DNA of 64,000 nucleotides, taken from NCBI GenBank assembly GCA_030248215.1, contig JASANG010002570.1, positions 62,001 to 126,000 of the forward strand, given 5' to 3'. Positions 51,501 through 60,800 of the stretch are shown piece by piece. The notes beneath the pieces are model-generated. The model saw only the letters and a list, made by a program, of their open reading frames with translations, ran no database searches and was not told the origin of the DNA. The stretch comes from Enoplolaimus lenunculus. Lineage: Eukaryota. The position numbers and the translations under genes are program-made. Positions within the stretch are counted from its first letter, which is position 1. Every line of letters begins with the position of its first letter.

Positions 51501-54500
51501 TCCGTGTGTTATGTATACACCACTAAAATACAGCAGATAAAGTGAATACCTATCTCCATTACGGGTCCGGTTCCGGTAAATTGTAATTCCGGTTGCACCC
51601 TGCCCATAGCACATTGAGCTGGCAACAAGCTTGCGCGTCTGTACGCTTCAATTTTTAAGCTGTTAAAGTAATATTTGATGATGTTTAACAATTGGTAACA
51701 ACGACAATTTTTGTTTAAGAATGTCCCAGGAATTGGACGCATTTGGGACACACTTTCGTTTGCCTCGGACCTCCAAAAGATTTCACATCGCATTTAAGTC
51801 GTTTGAAATTGTTTACATTCACCTCCTGCCAAATTCTCAGCCCCCAATAGCATGTTGAGCTGGCTATGGGCATGAATATAACAATAATAAACATCGATTT
51901 TAGGTTCGAGTAGGCAACTTGCAGTTCACACTTGGCAAACTGATCTACCACTGGTATCCGTCCGCCGGTTCCCACGGTATGTTCTCCTACGAGCTGATTG
52001 GCGGAGTGATTGCCGCAGGAGGTGCGTTCCTATTGGTCGCGTTTGTGTTGATTGCAATTTGGTGGAGACGAAAATCGTGTCAGGCGGAAAAAGAGTATAA
52101 GCGGATTCAGTTGCAGATGGATACATTGGAGAGCAATGTCCGGTCGGAGTGTAAACAAGGTAAATTAAATTTAAATAGGGCATGGGGGTACTTGGTAAGT
52201 TCCCCCCACACTACTGGTAATTTAATAGAACACAAAAGTTTCCGTTACACACTGCGGTTTTATATTTTACTAAATCTACGCTTAGGCTTATGCTTAGATT
52301 TAGACTTTACCCTGATATTCAACTTACTTCATTAATCCCTAAAACAAGGGAGAACATTCTGTGGGGGCAAGTATAACAAGTACCGCGGCAAGCACGCCCC
52401 GTCAGGCCTGCAGCAGCGGTGGGGGAACACAGCTTTCCGACAGACGCTGTCTCTTCTCTCAGCCCAGAAAATTTTATAATTCGCCTAAATCTACAAACTG
52501 CTTTTAGAGTTAATTTAATTTTGAGTATTTTAGCGTTCGCCGAACTTCAAACTGACATGTCAGATCTGACTTCGGATCTGGTTGCGCTTGGGATTCCGTT
52601 TCATTCGCGTAGAATTTTTGCGTCTCGGGTAATGTTCAAAGACGAAAATGCGTTTGCAATTGATTGGCAGGTAAGCGAAAATTTTTTTGGTCCATAAATT
52701 GATTATCGTTAATGCTTAGGCTTAGGTTAGACGTTATGAGAAGGAAGCAACAAGAATTCGTCGCCCCACTTGTCAACCAGCAGTGTCCTAAAGCGTAAAT
52801 CTCAGCATAATCTTAAGCGTAATCGTATGGCTTGTAAGCATGTGAAACATACTTTTCCTAGTGCATATGCAATAAATGCAAGGCACATTGTGTATGCTTG
52901 CTGGCAGCATACGGTCGACACATATACTCGACGATAGAGGCAGTTGGAGAAGCGGGCTGCATGGCACAGTTGTAGAGTCTTCGCTTAAGGATCCCTAGGT
53001 TGAGAGGCTGATCCCCGCTTTGGAGGCCCACTTTTCGAGCTGCTTAATGAACAGGTATGAAGTCCTGGATCCTACCGAGACTGACAACGCTAAGCTAATG
53101 ACTAAGCATGATGGGCAACAAATTGTCGAGTCGATGAAATTCCGGATTCCGTGTTGTCACGCGGCCTATTCTCGAGTCGATGAAATTTTGGATTACAAGT
53201 TGCTGAGCGACAGAACTGTTGTGATACTTTTGAAAATATCTGGCCGGAGACCTAAAGCCTAACCGCATTTCATTCGAATTCCACAATGCCATCAAATTCT
53301 GAAAATGTTAATGCCTATAAAATTCGCAGATTGCAAGTTTTCGCAGTGAAAACTTGCAGGTGCAATTCGCACGTGTAAATTTGTTACAGCGAGAACTTGC
53401 AGCTTCAATTTGTTTGTGACATTGCACTCGACCAAAACTTGTACGCGTATCCCATGTATACTGTGATGAATTTGCATAATGTGTGCATAGATCTTCGCTG
53501 TTTCCCGGTATCAAATTTTCCTACAGGTAAAATTAAATTTAACCCAAACACCGAATCCAGTGCCAGAACAGACACGGGTGAGGGCTGCCCCAAAACTCGC
53601 AAGCGAAGCGATCGGGAACCAGACGCATTTTAAAACTTCGTCAGCATTTATTTCAACCGGTTACGGTGCGGCCCCTTTTAAAGATGGGCCACCCTCCAAA
53701 TGGAAGGTATGGGGGTGGCTGCTCCGGCCACCCTGATCGAATCCTCATCAATGTTTGGTTCGTTTTTGGTTTCAGCATTCATTGAACAACGGTTACACAA
53801 CGTATTTTCATTCAGCCCTGAACCAATTTGACAGTCTGATATCAAACCAAACATTTCTACTCCGACTTATTGACGTATTTGAAAAACAGCCAGCATTTTC
53901 TGCCCATGATCGCGTTTATGTTGCGTCACTTTTGACGGCAATTTTGGCACGAAATATGACATATTTGACGGAAATTATTGTCGTTTTGCTCAAATGTCTT
54001 ATTAGTAAGTCAAAATGAAGTGGTAGTTATACAGGGCGTGGCTAGAATTTCTTATTAGTAAGTCAAAATGAAGTGGTAGTAGCTACAGGTCGTGGCTAGA
54101 ATTTCATTTCGGTAGAGCATAGCTTCAAGAATAGAGTATATGTATGAGCGTCCGATAACCAATTTTTTCGCTTGCGTTAGAGAAAGTAAAAGCGTAGTTT
54201 GCACGCCAGGCCTCTACACCAAAGCCGTCTCAAAATTAATCAGCGTCCCCATGTCCTCTATGCTGATTGGACAATAGTGCTGTCTGTAAATGCTGTTTGG
54301 GTTGCTTGCATCCATTCACGGCGAACCTCGGTCAGTTTAAATATTCTGCGGACGGCGTTAAGGAATAATGTTAAAATTGTTATTTTTTTTCAGGAAAATC
54401 CGTTGATAGCAAGCATCCGCAACTTATGCTACGACGAACTGAGTCGATTGTTGAGAAAATGTTGGCAAATTGGATCGCGTTGGCACTGTATGATTATATG

Positions 54501-54856
54501 CAGGTAAAATGGCACGGATTAATTGTTGGACGAGGATTGTAAATATGGTTCTTAGATGGACAGTCGTTCTGCCCATGGCGTTAAATTTGTAAATATTCCA
54601 AAAATGGATGAAAGCGTCCGTGTCTGTTTGAATATTTTAGGCACGTCAATATTTGTACGATCAACTATGTTGAATGAATCTCTCAGTGAGTCGAATTTGA
54701 CTCAGTTTGTGTAGTCCAGAAAAGCCTATTTCGGAGTAATTGAATTGTACTCACCATTTTTTGCAGTGTATATATTTGTTTATTTATTTATTTATTTTTT
54801 ATTTATTTATTTATTTATTTATTTATTTTTTATTTATTTATTAATTAAATTAATTT

Positions 54857-54887
<31 letters not shown>

Positions 54888-57800
54888 TTTATTTATTTCA
54901 GGATTTCGCTGGATCTTCGCTATTCTTGCTGTACAAAGCTTTAAAGCATCAAATTGAAAAAGGTCCTGTAGATGCGGTAACAGGTGACGCACGATATTCA
55001 TTGTCTGAAGACCGATTGCTCAAAGAGCAAATTCAACCACATACGGTGGTAAGTAGGCCGAATATTCAGCGAGTAAAAGTGGATAGAGTAAAAATAACCG
55101 AAACGGAAAATATTTCATTTTTACTACCCTGTAAATCCCAGTGAGTTGATTTTAACTCAGAATGAAATGAATCATTCAGTCTGAGGCAGGAGTTTCAGAA
55201 CTCAGTATTCTGAGTCAGTAAAACTCACTCTGAGTTAATTATTGAAGTTACGCGGAATCAACTGAACTCAGAGTGAAGATCAACTCAACTTACAGTGAGT
55301 TAATGTTTACTGTTAGTAACTCAGAAATAACTAACTCTATAGGTGAGTTGGTTGATTAACTCATTGGAATTTACCGTGTACCAATACAATTGAAGTATGC
55401 AAATATTCATCTGACTAAGAAATGCGGGTTCAAATGATTTTTAAGTAACGTATAACGAGTGCTATCCCCAATGTTACATTTCAACGAGTAAGATATTATA
55501 CATAGCCTTAGCCTCAGCGTAAAAATAAGTATAAAACTAAGCCAAATTGTAATTATTTAGTCTAAGCGTCGTCTAATTTTACAGTATTTACCCTGCCATA
55601 AGAAAGCAAGACAGACCCTGATCCCATAAATACGGGTCCATATTAAATGCTAAATAATCATTTATTGTAAATTTTAATTTTTTTCAGTTAGTATACGTTA
55701 TTCCTCCAAATCAAGTTGAACCTGACGAGAAGTTAACGTGTCGGGTGTTACGTTGTGATAGCATTAGTCAAGTCAAAACGAAAATTATGGATACACTGTA
55801 CAGGAATACTGCTCTTGGTCTTAGACCACATATCAACGATATAGACTTGGGTACGTTTATCGTAGTTTTCCGCGTCAGAATTTAAGGTTTATATGCAATG
55901 GCGGATCCATGGGGGGCCACTCCGGCCGTGGCCCCCCAACAGCATCTCGACAAAAATTATATAGCAATTTTGTGGCAATAGTTCGTGGTTTGTGTGTGGG
56001 TGAAAAAAATTAGTTTGTTACCCGTGAAATTTTGCCCCCCATTTTGAAATCCTGGTTCCGCCACTGTTTGTATGATTTTTTATTTGGAATTTACTGGTAC
56101 TCTTAAAATCAGTCGGTATTTAAATATAAATCCTTTGTTTAAGCTCTTAAGTTGAGTGGTGATGATTTTAAACGAGTGCATTATCGCTGATCCAAAATGG
56201 GTGACACATAATTAGAGCCCGTATTCTCAAATGTGTGTAGCACCTATTACCAGTTGGTGATAGATCCTGTCACTGGCCTATGTATAGAACAGGGCCGGAA
56301 CAGTAGTATAAGCATATTTCTAAGCCTAAGCCTAAGCGTATGGATGAGCCTATTCCTAAGCCTAAGCCTAAGCCTCAGCCTAAGCAAGAAATTAGTCTAA
56401 AGCTTAAACTGACTCTATTATAGCCCCTCCGGAAAACGATTTGGCCCTGTTCTATAGATGGGCCCTGTAGCTTTTGAAACAGCGCATGGTGAGGTTCAAA
56501 AATTAGCACAATATCCGCGCTTGATTCGCCCTACATATGTACCACTTTGAGGTATGCAATTGCAGATGTTCGTTAGTTTGAAAACCTATCGCTAACTAAT
56601 GATAAGGTGCTATACGCATTTGATGAGAATATGGGCCAAGATCTCAGATGAAATAGAAAATATTCATACACGAAAACGGTGTTTTTTGTTTCAGAATGGC
56701 GCAGTGTCGAAGGTCATTTCGTTCTTCAAGACGACGATGGGACTAATTTTCAATCGAAAGACGGTTGGCGACGAGTGAATACGCTCGAACATTACAGCGT
56801 TCCAGGGACTGCCGTAATGGCGATAATTCCGAAAACAGCCGCGGCTAAGAATAACACAAGTCTCACTTATTCTTGTAAGTGGTGATTTTGAAATTGTTTG
56901 GTTTGCTTAATAGTGAATATGTAAATCGGGTCCGTAGCTAACGAGGGAAGCAAGTGGTGGCTCAGCCCCCCCCAGAAAAATTTCGGCCCCTTGAATATCT
57001 TTAAGTTTGCTTGTAAGTCATCGAAAACCCTTGTAAGCCCCTCCTGAAAATTTTTTAACCTCTCTTCCTAGCAAGGTGAGCTGGCCACGGGCTTGATGCA
57101 AATTCTAAATTGGATGGCAGTCCCATTTCACATAATACAATCAAATGTGACAGCTTCAATTCCGAGCAAAAATCAGTGTCTGATTTCGTGTCGCTTATGA
57201 AATCACCAAAAATTGCAATTTTTATTGAGCTCATAATTTGTTTAACGCGATTCCATTTCCGACAGAAATGTTCCGCACCGGAAAAAATTGTTTTACAACA
57301 CATGAAGAATTCCATGCTTACACTGCAAAAATGGTGAGTCAAATTGACTCTCTCCGAAATAGGCTTTACGGGACTACACAAATTGAGTCAAATTCGACTC
57401 CACCAAAGTCAAACGTGCGACTCAGTGGGTCGAATTTCACTCGGCCGTAGTCGAATTTGACTTAATTTGTGTAGTCCCGTAGGGCCTATTTCGGACAGAG
57501 TCAGTTTGACTCACCATTTTTGCAGTGTAGTAAAAATGGTGTTTAACTCTGGTTGGAATCCGCTTTTCGTTCTCTGTTTCTAATTTTTTAATTTTGGAAT
57601 TGTTCAAATATTAATATTTTCAGCTTGCTCAACGCATACGTACGCATCAATTGGATCGTCGAGTTCATTACTCCTATCACCAGCCTCAACGTCACATTCG
57701 CCTCAGTTGGAAAATTCGATTGATAGCCCACCGGCAGGAGTCAAATATTGGCATCTGGTAAGAAACCAACAACCCCGTCTTAGAAAAATACAAACGATTC

Positions 57801-60800
57801 TTCTTGAACACTTTCCCTCCACTGTAAATTCCAGTGAGTTGATTAATCAATTCAGCTAGCGAGTTAGCTATTTCTGAATTAATATCAGTAAATATTAACT
57901 CGCTCTGAGTGGAGTTGGCTCTTGGTCAGTTGATTAATTAACTCAAAATGAATTGAATCAATTCAAAATTCTGAGTTCTGATAGTGCTAACTCAGACTGA
58001 GTGATTCAACTCATTTTGAGTAAAAATCAACTCACTGAAATTTACAGTGCATATTTTAGGTTAAGGTTTAGGCTTTAGTCAATGTTTATCTATTAAGCAT
58101 AACCATAACTCTAAGCATAAACAACCTTAAATATAATGGCAAAGGTGTACCAGAATCTAACAATATTTTTAGGTAAAATATGTCTAAGCCTTCTTGGCTA
58201 AGCGCAAGCCTAAATCTTAACCATACAGGTGAGAGTGTACAGTAGTCATTGTAGCCTCCGTCTTGTCATTTCAGACCAAACCCGATTGCCAGCCAGGCTG
58301 TGACACGCTTCGGCTTTGCTCATCGTATACCGTAGGCGGTACCCGGTGCCGGCTAAAAGGCGTATCCCGTGCCGAACATAACGCAGAATTTGCAGCGACC
58401 CTTGAGCGAGCATGCTCTCCAGCGCGAGCCATCCCTGAAATATACTTAACCCGACTCCTTGCGACCAAAGGAACGGTTCAAAAATTTATCGACGATTTTT
58501 TCGCAACCGCGCTATGCGTGAAGCCACGTCGGCCTGTGTCAACGCCGTCTCGAAGTCCGGCCGTTCGCACTCCGCCGTCGCCAGCGACGGTCTCCGGAGG
58601 TCCGCCGAACTGCTCAAGTATTCCGCCGCCTGTGATCAAATTTTTGTTCGATTTGTTTGAAGCCGAAGCCGCTGCGCATGGCATTGCTGATCCAGCGGTT
58701 GTGTATGCGTGGAAGAATAATTGGTAAATTTTAATTTTGAAATTTTAAAACATTTTAATATGACAGTTGAATTTAATTTTTGTAAATTTTACATGCGGAA
58801 AAAGTCTTCGAATTATAAGCAGATGCCATACTTATATATTGTCTGCACACAAAAAAGTATTTGTGAAATTATTCAGAAAAGTATTTTCTGCGGCAAAACT
58901 GAATCGTTTTCCTGATATTTAAGATAATTTTTCTAAAAATAACGGGACAGCGATTATTTTCTGACTTTATTTCAAAACTTTTTTTGAAAACTTTTCTGTT
59001 ATAACAGAAATGCTGTTGAAGTGTACCTTGCTAATGATATTTCTTAAATGTATGGTCAACCCTTCTCCTCTTTAGGATTCCTGTCTTGGGCATTTTAACA
59101 ACTTCTTCAGGTGCCAAAACGGTCATATTCTCAAATGTGTATAGCACCTATCGCCAGTTAATAATAAGTTATCAAACTCACAAACTTCGGCAGCTCTGGA
59201 GCCCAAAATTTGCTCGCAGGGCAAACCAAATCAGAAAAATGTGCTGATTTTTGAAGCTTATCATTCACTGATTAATAGTAACAAAAATATCACCAATTGA
59301 TTATAGTTGATGCCAAAAGTGTATAATTTTAACAAGAGAGTGCAACTGAGTACATTCTGTGCACAAAAGTGGTCCCAGCGCATGTTGTGTTTTTGACCGA
59401 TCCCTCTTTTGGGTGGCGCTGTACTCGTCGTGCGGTGCTGTCCGTAACCGTCCTGTGCCATCCGTCACCCGTACGGCGCCGTCCGTCATCGACCGGCGCT
59501 GGGGCGGTGCCATACGGGTTGGACGACACCGCACGCATGACGAGCAGCGCCGGACGTCAACAAAAGTATATATAGCGCAACCCGGGGGGTTGTGGGGTAC
59601 GTCGAACTAATATTTTGAACTTTAGCTAAAATTGCTTCGATTATAATATTAACTCGTATGCATACTATGTAGCTTAAAAGTGTTGACTACACCCTCCAAT
59701 TGAGGGGGACGTTCAAAAATGCAACGTGTGCGAGTACATTTTGTGCCACGAACTAGCGAGTCAGTTGTACACTGTTCTGCAAGGTGGATATCATCCGCTC
59801 TTGGTGCTGGCCGGATTTCAGAATATAAGGGTAATCCACGGCTTTTTGGGAACGTCTTCAGTTGGTGACACAAGACATCCATCTTTAACAGTTTTATTAT
59901 AACGTATCCGCTACACTATGCTAAAAATGGTGAGTCAAATTGACTCTCTCCGAAATACGCTTTTCCGGACTACACAAACGGAGTAAAATTCGACTCCGCC
60001 AGAGTCAAATTCGACTCGCCCGAGTCGCTCCGAGAGTTGAATTTCACTCTGGCGGAGTCGAATTTGACTCAGTTTGTATAATCCTGAAAAGCTTATTTCG
60101 AAGAGAGTCAATTTGATTCACCATTTTTTGCAGTGTATTTATTATTATTTATTTTTTTTGCTTTGTCAGTCTTCCGCTCCGGTTTTGGGTGAATGTGATC
60201 AAAAATCCAGACTTTCTATTCGACGTTGACAAGTCTCCAACGGTTGATTCATGCTTATCAGTGATCGCGCAAACTTTCATGGATGCCTGTTCAATGGCTG
60301 AATCCAAGTTGGGCAAAGTAAGTCTGGGACTCGTGGTGGGACAAGGATTGTATTTCTGAACGCAAATATCCAGCAACATAATTCCTATTCACGCGACGAC
60401 ACGGGACGGCGTCCGTAGCCGCGTTGCACCTCACCTCGCGTCAAAATAAAATTAAATATTTCACCCGACGTCGCTTCGCGATCATATCGCAACCCTGTGG
60501 GTGGAATTATACTTTTTGAAAATTTGAATACCGTTCGCCGCCGGTCGGCGCAAAGTTGTTAGACAGCGGTGGATCCAGGAATTTGTGACGTGGGTGGGCG
60601 GGGTGGCACATGTTATGGAACGCAAAAATTGTAAGGTAGGGAGGGACCTTATCATGTTGCCATCAAAAAATTTCTGGGGTGGGGAAACATTGTAACGTAG
60701 GGACCTTATCATTTTATCACAAAAAGTTTCTTTTGGCGGAAAAACAGTAAGGTAGAGACCTTATTATTTTCTCAAAAAATCTCCGCGTGATAAATTAGGG

